A DNA stretch of 64,000 bases from Ylistrum balloti (lineage: Eukaryota), in NCBI RefSeq assembly GCF_031769215.1, contig NW_026781960.1, positions 620,001-684,000 on the forward strand. Direction: 5' to 3'. Shown here one piece after another: positions 51,869 through 64,000 of the stretch. Both the position numbers and the translations under genes were made by a program. The notes beneath the pieces are model-generated. The model searched no databases, had not been told where the DNA came from, and saw only the letters and a list, made by a program, of their open reading frames with translations. Numbering within the stretch: position 1 is the stretch's first letter; each line of letters begins with the position of its first letter.

Positions 51869-53929
51869 ATTAAACTTTTTTTAATTGTTTTTTTTATTAA
51901 TGAAAAGACTGGTATTTGTGCATATACGGTGTAACCCATAACACATTATCAGTTAGGAATGTTGATTGTCTGAAAAGCCAGACGTATGCTTTAGCATGAA
52001 GCAGTTGCAACAGAAGCAAAGTGACTTCATCTTGGCAAGTGCTGTTTACTAAAGCAGTTGCTATGACGGCTGATATTGGTCATCGTAAATAAAGGAAAAA
52101 ATCCTTTCAGTCAGGTTTTATTACTCTCACATCTGTTTGTAATCAGAAAATGATCTTGGTTATGTTTGAACAAACGATTTAACCGTATTAGATTCGAATA
52201 TTAATTGCTGTTTTTTTAAATATAATGAAATATTTAGTGATTATATCATTTTTTATGATTTAATAGGTAAGGATGTGTCCAATATCATGTTGACAAAATC
52301 AAATAAATTATCTTCATTGATTGTTAACTTATAACTCCTACCTAACAACAAATTTTTTTTATCCAGATTACATTGTATTTGCGGATTGAGGTTTTTGAGA
52401 CGTCCCCTCAATAGTCCAAATCGATATGAGTATCTATATTTCTCCCCACCGTACACAAGTGACTATGACAATGTTAATACTCCTTTGTTTTCTTCATTAC
52501 CATAGCTGTATTGGTGATTATGTAAGTGTTCTCCCTCTACGTTTGATGCTAGCAATATTGTCTCTGTAGACTCGCTGATATTCTTAATGCATTATCATTT
52601 GATATTTCTATTTAACAGCCAATTCGGGTTTATTATAAGGTACACTGATCATTTTTGACGGCTGACCGATAACATTACACATTAGTACATACCAAAATGC
52701 AGGACAGAAAAACGAAAACAAAATTATGCGAACAGTGCTGATGTTGCGAACGGAATGCCAGAAATACATGCATTTTCAATTTAATAGCACTTTTCAATGC
52801 AAAGTTGGATAAAGTCATCAGCCGCATTCACTATTCTGAGACAAAGTCTACTCAACTCCTTTCTGTTTTTCTTACTGAGTTAATGCCTCTCAATTATGAT
52901 ATATTTCATTCGTACAATCTACAAAATATTGTCTCAAGATTGAGTCTGCTTGTCAACCTATGAACCAGGCACATCATTGTGAGAGTTTATTTCTGCCACC
53001 ATTTGAAGGGATATTGGGGCTTAATCTTAACACAATTATAAGGTAAATTTTCACTAATATATGAAAACTGGTGTTTTTTTGTTTTCTTTTTATTTATCTA
53101 TATTACACGATCTTCTACATTTTATATGTTCCAGTTATTTTATATAATTCGATAATTCACTGACTATCTTATTCATGTGTTTGTATAATTGTTTGTTATT
53201 GTCGTCAAGATTGTATATAAGGTTTTTGTATTGAAAGGCGTTATTCAATCGTGTGTCTTTTGAATAATCTTCGACGTTTTAAGTAGTAGACAGTGCTGGT
53301 GGACGATAAATATCAAATTAAACACAGACCAATTATAAAATTTCCCCGGCCGTGTAATTTGACAAAAACAAACCCAATTCAGCCCTAAACCACATAACAT
53401 TTAAATGCTTTTGCGTCGAATATGATTTTCATCACAGACGTATATTAGTCACACTTTCACGAGTAATTATATCAAGTTTCTTCATACAATTATTGAAAAC
53501 GAGAAATGGAAACACATAGAATTTTATATATGTTTCAAAAATTCATACACACAACGATAGAAATTACCGATTTGTTCCCAGGAACACCACTAAAATAAAC
53601 AGGAAATATTAAATGTGTTTTGAATTTTTTTTCTTTTTTCAAACAATTTACCATTTGGTAGATAACGTTTGCATATTTGGTAGATAACGTTTGCATATTT
53701 GCAATAAATCGTTAACTTGGTAATCTTTTTCTTGCTGAAAGCTAACACTTAAAGCATTTCTTCAGTGTCTGGGAATTTTCGCACGTAGTCGGCACATGTT
53801 CCTGAAATGCTGTTCAGAAAAATGGTATCGTTTTCTTGTGAAATCTTCGACAATAGTGCAACTGTAGGGTGTTTATTATATCTCCTTATATACGGAAAAG
53901 ATTAATCCAATTCGCCCTTATCTTACAAT

Positions 53930-54530
53930 TTTGTGGCAATCGCTTTATTTGAAAAATTATGTCAGATTTCAGATAAATGTCAAATTATATAGTCTGCATA
54001 TTGACTTCATTTTGCGACGTGCAATGGTACAGATTGGACCAAGGTTGAGCTTCTTCACTATATCTGTCTATAGAACTGGAAATCGTTGTTATAGTGACGA
54101 TAGTACCCGGATTGTGACAATTCTGAAGAACAATCCGCGTAGAATTTGTAATGTACTGCATGATCCGTGTTTTGAAGGCGTTGTGTAGTGAGACGATGTC
54201 CTTAAGGACATCTGCTATCAGTGCTGTCACACCACTTTGAACATCTGAATCATTGTTAAGGTAATATTTTTTGGAGTTTAGATGACTGTCTTGTCTCATG
54301 ATCAACGTTTACCAGTTTCGATTTGACACGAGAGTGGCCCCAGTGTGGGTGAATCATAAGAATCCTAACAAATGGAAATAAATGTTGTTCCAACATGGGT
54401 TATCGGCACTTCAAACGAAAAGGTAGAGTACTTTGAACATCCATCTGTGTTGAGTTTGGGAAATCGTTCAGTCTTTGTACGGATTCCATGATCACTTGAA
54501 AGCCGTCCTACATTAATCTCAAGATCCCTT
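53930..54530 (-). pseudogene. Thioesterase-like pseudogene (second clear paralog)
   Basis: ITHVGTTF, KSKLVNVDHETRQSSKL, HAVHYKFYADCSSELSQSGYYRHYNND and FDIYLKSDIIFQ align in order to the intact gene. Stops and frameshifts. Confidence 0.75.
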
Positions 54531-56043
54531 GATTAGAGAGTTGCCCTAAAACATACCTATATCACTTTTTATAATCATTTTTAGTTTTCTACATCAATAC
54601 TTTGAATATATTTGGATCATTTTTAGTTTCTTAGTTCAGCAGTAAATTTAAAAGAAAATGTCACATCCATGTTTTACAAAGGTTAAATTGTATATGATTG
54701 TTTGTAATATTGTGTACAGGTAATTGTTTAATCCAACCATTATTTATACCCACCCATGTCATGCGACACAGATATGGTTCGATATCAAAATAAATATCGA
54801 TCTTAACCGGCTGCCATCTTCAAACTGATATGATTTGAAATTATTCGCACCACAGAATTTGTTTATCATTAAATTAATGGTATTTGTTTGCCGAAAACAG
54901 GATTTGGCACAAATGGTACAAATTATCAATATGATGTTGTTTGTTTGTTGTGTTTATCGCCCAGTGAGCCGCCAAGGTCATATTAAGATTCCTTTTCTGT
55001 ACAGAATTGGTCTTGTTGTTGTATTAAATTTGACCTCAATTTTTTCATTAACTTTGTTTAAACAATGGTTCTTCTGTATATTTTAGATAAAGACAAAAAT
55101 TATATTTGGCAGGTTTAAGCTATCACAAAAGCACAAAAGTAATTATTTTGTTCATCATAAACATTGCATATTGCAGATGCTGACAACTGAAACTACTTGC
55201 AATATATATGCAATACATTGCATTGCGAGTTAGGGATACCGATGTTCTAAAATATTATTGTCATTTGATTTCTAGAATTTGGAAAGTTCTAATGTATCTA
55301 CAGACAGTTTTAAAGACTGACTTTTGTAATGATCATCATATTGTAGGTTAAATAAAAGCATCGTTACTTTGAGATATTTATCTGAGCGTATTTTCCATTG
55401 ATACCAGTAGATCGTTTAACACACAGTAAATAATACGCGATTCTGAATATCATATTAGGTATTTAAATTACCATTTTCAGTGGTACACTGGGAATCACTT
55501 AATTTTTTTTTCGTAAACGGAACTGGGATCTCTGGTCTGGTTCCCAGTTCCCTCTAAGGTTAGGGTCTGATTCCTGGTTCCGTTTTTCTTACTAGGTTCT
55601 GGGAACCAACTTCAGCTCCCTAGATCAAATACCAATGCGAATTCCATTGTCATTCTCTGTAATATGTCTGTATCACTGTAATCACTCACAATTGTATTAT
55701 AATATATTGTTAATGCTGATTAGCCGAAAGGCTAAAGGCGAATAAAACTGTAAACTGAAGGTAACCTCTGGAGCATTGAGGATGCCCTGGTTATGTAATT
55801 TGTAATTATAAAGCGACCAACTGAATCCAAATCGATCAATTGAAGGAAGTTTTTCATGTATGGTTTAAAAACACGAAAAGACCATGTGTTTTGGTATGGT
55901 AAGAGTTTTCTGTTTCATCGGAGATTGGCATGTGAACTTATCAAAGGAACACTGGCCTGCCTTTGATAATTTCCTTTATCTGTATTGTATAAAAGAAGAG
56001 ATAAGAACGTCACAGATAGCTCACATGACTTCATACTCAAGCC

Positions 56044-56260
56044 ATGATAGCCTTTCTTTTGTTTGTGTCCATTGGCTGTATACATGCAGGTAAGTAGTAT
56101 TTAACACTATCAATGAAATGGGAAGTACCAACACCATCCAGTATGCACTCATTGATTATAGGAAATATAGAGCTGATACAGTAATGCAATTTTGATCGCC
56201 ATCGCCATCATACAACTTCAAGTTGCTGTCGTTTTTAAATTTTTTGCGGTTTTTTTTTTT

Positions 56261-56307
<47 letters not shown>

Positions 56308-57468
56308 GGGGGGGATGGTGGGAGGTTGGTGGTCTCGTTGGTTTCTAATGATATCGTTTTTGTACAGAAACAGTGATAACGGTACATATCCGTGTTCATT
56401 GATTGCGATATCTAAACGTTACATATCCTGTATATGCAGTTTTGTTTTAGTACCAAAAATTATCCCTTTCAAAAATCAAGACACTGATATGCTATCAATC
56501 AAATGCTGTTGTTCTATAATTTATTGAAAGGGAGTTTACAGAACGCCAACTCTTAGTTAAGATTGAAACCAATCGAATGTCAATATATATTATTTTCCTC
56601 ACAGCACCAAGCGACTGTAAACGTGGATGGGAAAGTCTCGGTGATTCGTGCTATTGGTTTTCCCACACGACGTTGTCGTGGGCTGAAGCTTCTGTAAGTA
56701 TCTGTAGTCTAAACAATAAGGGGAGATAACCGGCATATCAATTTGATCGGAACTCGAACTCAAATCAAATGAAACAAGGGTAAAATACCAACACAAGATT
56801 TACATAGAGAACAAGTACTTAGTTATTAACTGTAAAATCATATTTTTCGTGGTTTTCCAACAAAAATAGTGGACATTTATTTTTATGAATGAATATAGTT
56901 CAACGAATCACCTTATAAGTATTTTAACATTTGAATTCGTGAGTTAATGGGACACCCGGATTTTACAGTAAATTAAGACGAAACCATGTTATTTCTAAAG
57001 TGTCCCAGAAATATCAAATGTTTTGATATCAACAAGATACATTCGTTAATCAACAACGAAATCCATACAAACATTTCCCGTCATTTTGTCCATTCAACAC
57101 AAAAAACGAAAAGAATGTGAATTAAGTTATGTATGACATAACCTTTTACTGATAAAGAGATAGATATGTATATAATCATTATCCACTGGAGACTAAGCTC
57201 TACAGTCAAAATTCAGGCTTACATTTAACCACAAGTTCCATGTGTATTCATTATTATATTCCATGTAACTTAACTTTTATTGGTTCTTCCCTTTGATAAT
57301 TATTGCACAGGTCTCTCAGCCAATCAAAAGAGGCGTTATAAATAACATCATTCTTTTTATCATGATGAAGAAACTACATCACCCCTTAGAAATGCTTGTT
57401 TCGTATACCAATCTGACATTACATTAAGTTCATTTGCATTTCATTAATTAAAGATGACTGTCTATTAT

Positions 57469-57499
<31 letters not shown>

Positions 57500-57869
57500 C
57501 AATGTATTTTTGTCATATGGCAGGCATCCTGCGAGGCACACCACAGTCATCTCGCCATCGTTCTTAACGCCGAGGAGCAAACCTTTCTCAAATCATTCTT
57601 AAACGGAAAACACAAACTAGGTAAATTGCCTACATTTTTATATAAAACTTATCAAAAAATAACCTGTTTACATTGATGTAAAGTATATTTTCTTGTCTCC
57701 ATACCATTCTTTAAGATACTAGAAATGAAACATAACTTTGGTGTACTAGAAAACTTCACGAATAGCCCCTCCATTTCTGCCATACAGGGTTAAGGTCAGG
57801 ACATTTATAATGTCGTGAAAAGGGTGATGAAGGTAAACACTGAGATATTTTACGCTAAATTTGTTTCCC

Positions 57870-57903
<34 letters not shown>

Positions 57904-58290
57904 TTCTATATGATGTTAGATACATTTTTAATAGTTACAAACGAGTTCTTTTTCCTAGAAATGTTATGCTTCATTCCAACAATGAATAGAGTTCACTCTT
58001 TAAATTCAGTTTCAAATATTCTTTGAAAACACTTATAAAAATAAGCTATTGCTTTTCTTAATTACAATAGATTATGGTTTACACAACTACTGGATCGATG
58101 GAACTGATATGGAGATCGAACATGAATGGGAGTGGGCGGTCAGCGGTCAACCCATAAATTACACCGACTGGATGCTTGGTGAACCGACAGGCAGGCCAAA
58201 CGAGGATTGTTTAATTCTCATGGGAATATCACACTTCCGTATGAGTGATCATTACTGTCAATTACCGGCAAACTTTGTTTGTCAACACAG
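56044..58290 (+). CDS. Secreted single-CRD C-type lectin (perlucin-like); 3' tail exon(s) uncertain
   Basis: Exons 56044-56089, 56605-56693, 57524-57620 and 58071-58290 are in frame: MIAFLLFVSIGCIHA, CKRGWESLGDSCYWFSHTTLSWAEAS, ASCEAHHSHLAIV, YWIDGTD..WEW..YTDWMLGEPTGRPNEDCL..MSDHYC...FVCQ. Possible tail exons 58605-58630 and 58791-58843. Confidence 0.9.
56250..56314. repeat. T21 directly followed by a G36 homopolymer tract
   Basis: Seen directly, in lectin intron 1. Confidence 0.9.
57870..57904. repeat. (CAT)n microsatellite
   Basis: About 11 CAT units. Confidence 0.9.
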
Positions 58291-58931
58291 GTAATTATTG
58301 ATCTGTTAAATTGTGAAACTGCGATTTCAAAGTCCAGGGTGATTTATCATATCATTTAAAAACAGTTCAACTTGTCAACTTAAAGAATAAAAACATACAT
58401 TACTGAAGTTGAAAATTAAAATAGGTTAACTTATTTAATTAAAGATGAACAAACTTCAAATGTTTCAATAAAATGCTACATTATTATGCAAATAAGAAAT
58501 TGTGGTATTAGTTGTAGAAGCATTCAATAAAGTATGTTCCATTTATAATGTTAAAATTATAACAATAAAATACAATTTCGGAATGTAAATATGCATTTTT
58601 ACAGCAGATGTAATGATGTTAGACATCCAGGTAAATTCTGTACCACTAACATATATATGCGTTCGAAACCTCATACAATATAAGTGTGTACTTCCTATTA
58701 CTTTGTGCGACAACGTGTTTACTTTTAAATAGTTATAGCAAACGACTATTCACTTTTAATTACGTTCATTTCAATATATTCTGTTGTTAGTCTTTCAATC
58801 CACCACCTCCCTTCCTACCACAACAATATATCGAATATTATGAATGTATACACTATTAAATTAAAACATGAGAAGATCGAGAACAGATATTTTGGGATCA
58901 TCTTTAATAAGATGAAATTATCATTTGATAT

Positions 58932-59289
58932 TGTAACGTGTCTGGAACCGGCTCAACTATGGTAGCGATTGACCGGTCGGTGTCCCAGCATGCCACAGCG
59001 TTTACCACACAGTAAAAGTGGTTAGTAGGTTCGGATGGCAGGCCAGCCTAAGGAAAACCAGGAGTCGTTGATTCCAGTGGATGCTTCTTTCAGTATAACA
59101 AAATCCACAGCCGGCAATAACAGGTCAAGCTATAGAAAGGTTTGGAGTGTGTAAAGGCCTAATGGTTCTACTGAGTATTCGGTATTCCCTGTCCCTGACA
59201 CCCTGGCTATGGCATGTGGTTGGTAGGAATACGCTGGTACCAATGTAACAGTAGGGCTGGCAAAGCATACAGAAGCGCGGACCGTCACA
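58932..59289. mobile_element. Probable solo LTR (358 bp) with 4-bp TSD
   Basis: Termini TGTAAC...GTCACA. ATAT at 58928-58931 and 59290-59293. GC-richer than the flanks. Confidence 0.6.
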
Positions 59290-59794
59290 ATATATAAAGC
59301 ACAGCTGACTGCTACCGTATAACTAGTTATTTTCATGAGTAGGAAATTTGACGATCTAAATTTGAAAGAACGTCTCTCATTATATCACATATTAAATTTT
59401 CGCGATCACGTTAATGTTCTAAGAAACAGCGAAAATAATATGCCCGCAATAATAACAGGCTCTACCGTATCTAGATGACTTTCGGAGGTTGCTTTAATGA
59501 TATAAAGGTAGAGTTTACATATCAATCTTTCATTTCATATTTTGTCAAAATCTTTAAACAGGTCACGAAAAAACAATCCACATGAATATCGTCGATATTG
59601 TAACAAAGAGTTTGATCAGAAGGCAATTTATAATCAGAAAACAATCCGATTGGTAATTATAAAATATCATTTTTCTCAATGGGGAACCTGACATGGCTTC
59701 TTTGAATGGACAAATATTTACATAACGGCGATAAAACACAAGACATCTACGTCTTGCGTCAGGAGTCTCTGTGTGAATTTTCTGTTTTGTTCTT

Positions 59795-60547
59795 ACACCT
59801 TGTCTGTACACTGATCTGTACACCTTGTCTGTACAATGATCTGAACACCTTGTCTGTATACTGATCTGTACACCATGTTTGTATACTGATCCGTACACCT
59901 TGTCTTTATACTGATCTCTACACCTTGTCTGTATACTGATCTGTACACATTGTCTGTGTACTGATATGTACACCTTGTCGGTACACTGATCTTTACACCA
60001 TGCCTGTGTACTGATATGTACACCATGTCTGTATACTCATCTGTACACCTTATCGGTATACTGATCTGTACACCTTGTCTGTACATTCATCTGTACACCT
60101 TGTCTGTATACTGATATGTACACCTTGTCTGTACACTTATTTGTACACCTTGTCTGTACAATGATCTGTACACCATGTCTGTATACTGATCTGTACACCT
60201 TGTCTCTGTACTGATCTGTACACATTGTCTGTATACTGATCTGTACACATTGTAGGTACGCTGATCTGTACACCATGTCTGTGTACTGATATGTACACCT
60301 TGTCTGTATACTCATCTGTACACCTTGTCTGTACATTGATCTGTACACCTTGTCTGTATACTGATATGTACACCTTGTCTGTACACTGATCTGTACACCT
60401 TGTCTGTATATTGATCTGTACACCTTGTTGGTACACTGTTCTGTACAACTTGTCTCTGTACTGACCTGTACACCTTGTTTGTATTCTGATCTGTACACCC
60501 TGTCTATATACTTATCTGTACACCTTGTCTCTGTACTGATTTGTACA
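59795..60547. repeat. 25-bp minisatellite, about 30 copies
   Basis: Unit ctgatctgtacaccttgtctgtata. Confidence 0.95.
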
Positions 60548-61026
60548 TTTTGACAAAGATCTATAGAAGTCATAACGTAATAACGTATATATGATAATGA
60601 TTCACATTCAAATAAGCAGGTTACTTGAAGTAGATTTCAAAAACATAGTAATATTCTCTTTTACAGGTACCAGACGACCAATAGCACAAATGGCGGATGG
60701 CCTGTAGTGGGATGATGACGTCACTACTACTATGTCATACAGTATAATGTTACTGTATCTGCCTATGTAAAGAATATATAAAGAATGTTTATATAATGTT
60801 AATGATTAATGGTCAGTACAATAATTACACGTTTTAAAAATAAAAAGTAGTCTAGTGTCGTCAAGAAAAAAAAATGGTTTTGTTTAAATGTCAATCGAAT
60901 TAATGTATAACTAATCTTGAATCATAAGTAATAGGATATTTATGTGTATGACCTGTGGGTTTTTTCTTTCCCTTGACAGGTATATTCACGCTTTGAGTAG
61001 GGCAATATTTCCTATTTGTAAAAGAA

Positions 61027-61817
61027 TTATTCACAGATGAACGAAAATAGTAAATTGATCATCATAGGATTATATGATGGGTATTCGGGATGGTTGTTTA
61101 TGTTTTCATTTCCTATAGTTGCGTCCCACTGATCAATATAATACACTTTTCCTTGTAAATCTTTAAATTCCTCGTACAATATCTGTTTATAAAGCATTCC
61201 AAGGTAATCTATCGGTCCCAAAAACATGAAATATGTGAAAGCATGGGGACCTTTGATGAGAACACTTGAATTAGGGGAACGTTTCAAAAGCCGAATTATA
61301 GCCTGTTTAGCACTCCGGAGAAGTTCCCTGTAATTTTGCGGGTTTGTTCTTGCCACGTGACTAAACCAATGTAACACAAGAATAACGCTTTTATTTCCTG
61401 GCAAATCGTCTATTCTAGAGGCAGCAGATCGCAGATTGTTCTTGTTTTGTTCATAGCTGAAGAACGGAATTCCGTGAGGGGCCCAATACAATCCAAGTGA
61501 TTTAATTCTGTTTCCAGCCTCGGAAAATTTTTGCCATGCTTTATCCGTCACTTCCTTTTTACCAACTAAGATGGTTAACTTCAGTAGCACTGCTATACGT
61601 TGAAACCAATTTCTTATAGTAGAGTCTCCTATCATTAGTAATGGGCGATCCTTCAAGCACTTAGCATATGATTCTCTTTTCCATGGCATCAAAGTCTTGC
61701 ATAGCAACGATCGCCATTTACCATTATAAAAGTACCCGGCCGGGGTGCTGATCTGCCACGTGACTTCACTCTTAATATCACTGCATGAAACCATTGGTTC
61801 TTGCCAAGCACCAGAAT
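61027..61817 (-). CDS. NXPE (FAM55)-family protein, terminal exon (PC-esterase/SGNH-like domain)
   Basis: Acceptor tctcctcag|AT TCT and an open frame to TAA. Motifs TPAGYFYNGKWRSLLC, KCLKDRPLLMIGDSTIRNWF, LRSAKQAIIRLLKRSPNSSVLIKGPH and DQWDAT....NNHP. Upstream exons are not in the window. Confidence 0.88.
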
Positions 61818-62244
61818 CTGAGGAGAGAAAGCGAAGGCAATTCATAACATAATTCTAAGTCTATATCAACATATTATCTATATCAACTTACTAAAACATA
61901 TCTTATTGCCCCGCTCCCTTTCCTATGAGAAGTGTGAGATCCGATGCCATCAAATTCATAATTTTGAAAAAATCAGTTTTGGACTCTTCCATCCATGAAA
62001 AGAATTCTGCTAGATATAGATGTAAAGAAGATTTAAAAAAAATTGAAGTCAATTTGACCCCTTTGGGCCCTGGCCATCATGTATTCTTAAAATTTATTTT
62101 TCTTACATAATCTTTAGTATACTTTATAAGGAATAATGTGAGATTATGCATTCCCCAATTTCAGTAAAGCATCTATAATTCTAGGATAGTTTGGAATGTT
62201 TCCAATAGAAATCAAACAAATTACATCAAAGAGAAAAAAAAACA

Positions 62245-64000
62245 ATACCAAATATGCTAACCCTACACCAAATATGCTAACCCTACATAAAATATACTAA
62301 CCATACATAAAATATACCAACCCTACACCAAAACATACTAACCCTACACCAAATATACTAACCCTATATAAAATATACTAACCCTACACCAAATATACTA
62401 ACCCTACACCAAATATACTAACCCTATATAAAATATACTAACCCTACACCAAATATACTAACCCTACACCAAATATACTAACCCTACATAAAATATACTA
62501 ACCCTACACCAAATATACTAACCCTACACCAAATATACTAACCCTACATAAAATATACTAACCCTACACCAAATATAGTAACCCTACATAAAATATACTA
62601 ACCCTACATAAAATATACATAAAATATACTAACCATATATATAATATACTAACCCTACACCAAATATACTAACCCTACATAAAATATACTAACCCTACAT
62701 AAAATATACTAACCCTACATAAAATATACTAACCCTACATAAAATATACTAACCCTACATAAAATATATACCCTACATAAAATATACTAACCCTACATAA
62801 AATATCCTAACCCTACATAAAATATACTAACCCTACATAAAATATACTAACCCTACACCAAATATACTAACCATACATAAAATATACTAACCATACATAA
62901 AATATACTAACCCTACACCAAATATACTAACCCTACACCAAATATACTAACCCTACATAAAATATACTAACCATACATAAAATATACTAACCCTACACCA
63001 AATATACTAACCCTACACCAAATATACTAACCCTACATAAAATATATACCCTACACCAAATATACTAACCCTACATAAAATATACTAACCCTACACCAAA
63101 TATACTAACCCTACACCAAATATACTAACCCTACATAAAATATACTAACCATACATAAAATATACTAACCCTACACCAAATATACTAACCTACACCAAAT
63201 ATACTAACCCTACACCAAATATACTAACCCTACACCAAATATACTAACCCTACACCAAATATACTAACCCTACACCAAATATACTAACCCTACACCAAAT
63301 ATACTAACCCTACACCAAATATACTAACCCTACACCAAATATACTAACCCTACACCAAATATACTAACCCTACATAAAATATACTAACCATATATAAAAT
63401 ATACTAACCCTACACCAAATATACTAACCCTACACCAAATATACTAACCCTACACCAAAATATACCCTAACCCTAACCCTACATAAAATATACTAACCCT
63501 ACACCAAAATATACTAACCCATAAAATATACTAACCATATATAAAATATACTAACCCTACACCAAATATACTAACCCTACACCAAAACATGCTAACCCTA
63601 CACCAAATATACTAACCCTATATAAAATATACTAACCCTACACCTAATATACTAACCCTATATAAAATATACTAACCATATATAAAATATACTAACCCTA
63701 CATAAAATATACTAACCATACATAAAATATACTAACCCTACACCAAATATACTAACCCTACACCAAAATATATACATAAAATATACTAACCATATATAAA
63801 ATATACTAACCCTACATAAAATATACTAACCCTACATAAAATATACTAACCCTACATAAAATATACTAAGCCTACATAAAATATACTAACCATACATAAA
63901 ATATACTAACCCTACATAAAATATACTAACCCTACACCAAATATACTAACCTACACCAAATATACTAACCCTACACCAAATATACTAACCCTACACCAAA
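62245..64000. repeat. 20-bp satellite with an embedded telomeric motif (over 85 copies, runs off the window)
   Basis: Units aaatatactaaccctaca(cc/ta), each carrying CTAACCC. Perfect CCCTAACCCTAACCCT at 63465-63480. Confidence 0.95.

Noticed and set aside
51518-51939. Overlapping hydrophobic ORFs
   Set aside because: Translations of the 40-bp minisatellite.
56192-56527. Poly-Phe/poly-Gly ORF
   Set aside because: Artefact of the T21-G36 tract inside an intron.
59563-60573. Several 100-180 aa ORFs (VYRSVYRQGVQ repeats)
   Set aside because: These are translations of the 25-bp satellite in multiple frames, with no splice or codon evidence.
1-64000. Hammerhead ribozyme cores and tRNA genes
   Set aside because: The CTGATGA hits inspected (e.g. 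near 7143, 31965, 37044, 52817) lack a paired stem II followed by GAAA. No cloverleaf or A/B-box pair was seen by eye; an Infernal/tRNAscan run would be decisive.

Overview
AT-rich, intron-containing animal genomic DNA. The gene families and repeat types are consistent with a bivalve mollusc (inference; no taxonomic marker was seen). I found no rRNA, tRNA or CRISPR array. Hand-built, frame-checked gene models, left to right: (1) two tandem NRF-6-like (NRF domain + acyltransferase-3) genes on the minus strand, one complete (15 exons, 904 aa) and one running off the left edge; (2) three paralogous 4-exon genes for small His-rich secreted proteins of unrecognised family, two on minus and one inverted on plus; (3) one intact double-hot-dog thioesterase-like gene with at least two clear and up to four older decayed paralogs; (4) a perlucin-like C-type lectin gene with atypical EPT/MSD motifs; (5) the terminal exon of an NXPE-family gene. 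Intergenic and intronic DNA holds a decayed LINE, Penelope-like RT fragments, two probable solo LTRs, a Helentron/HINE-like element, dispersed repeats and about ten tandem arrays, including a 20-bp satellite carrying the telomeric motif. Most ORFs in the supplied track are spurious or are exons read through into introns.
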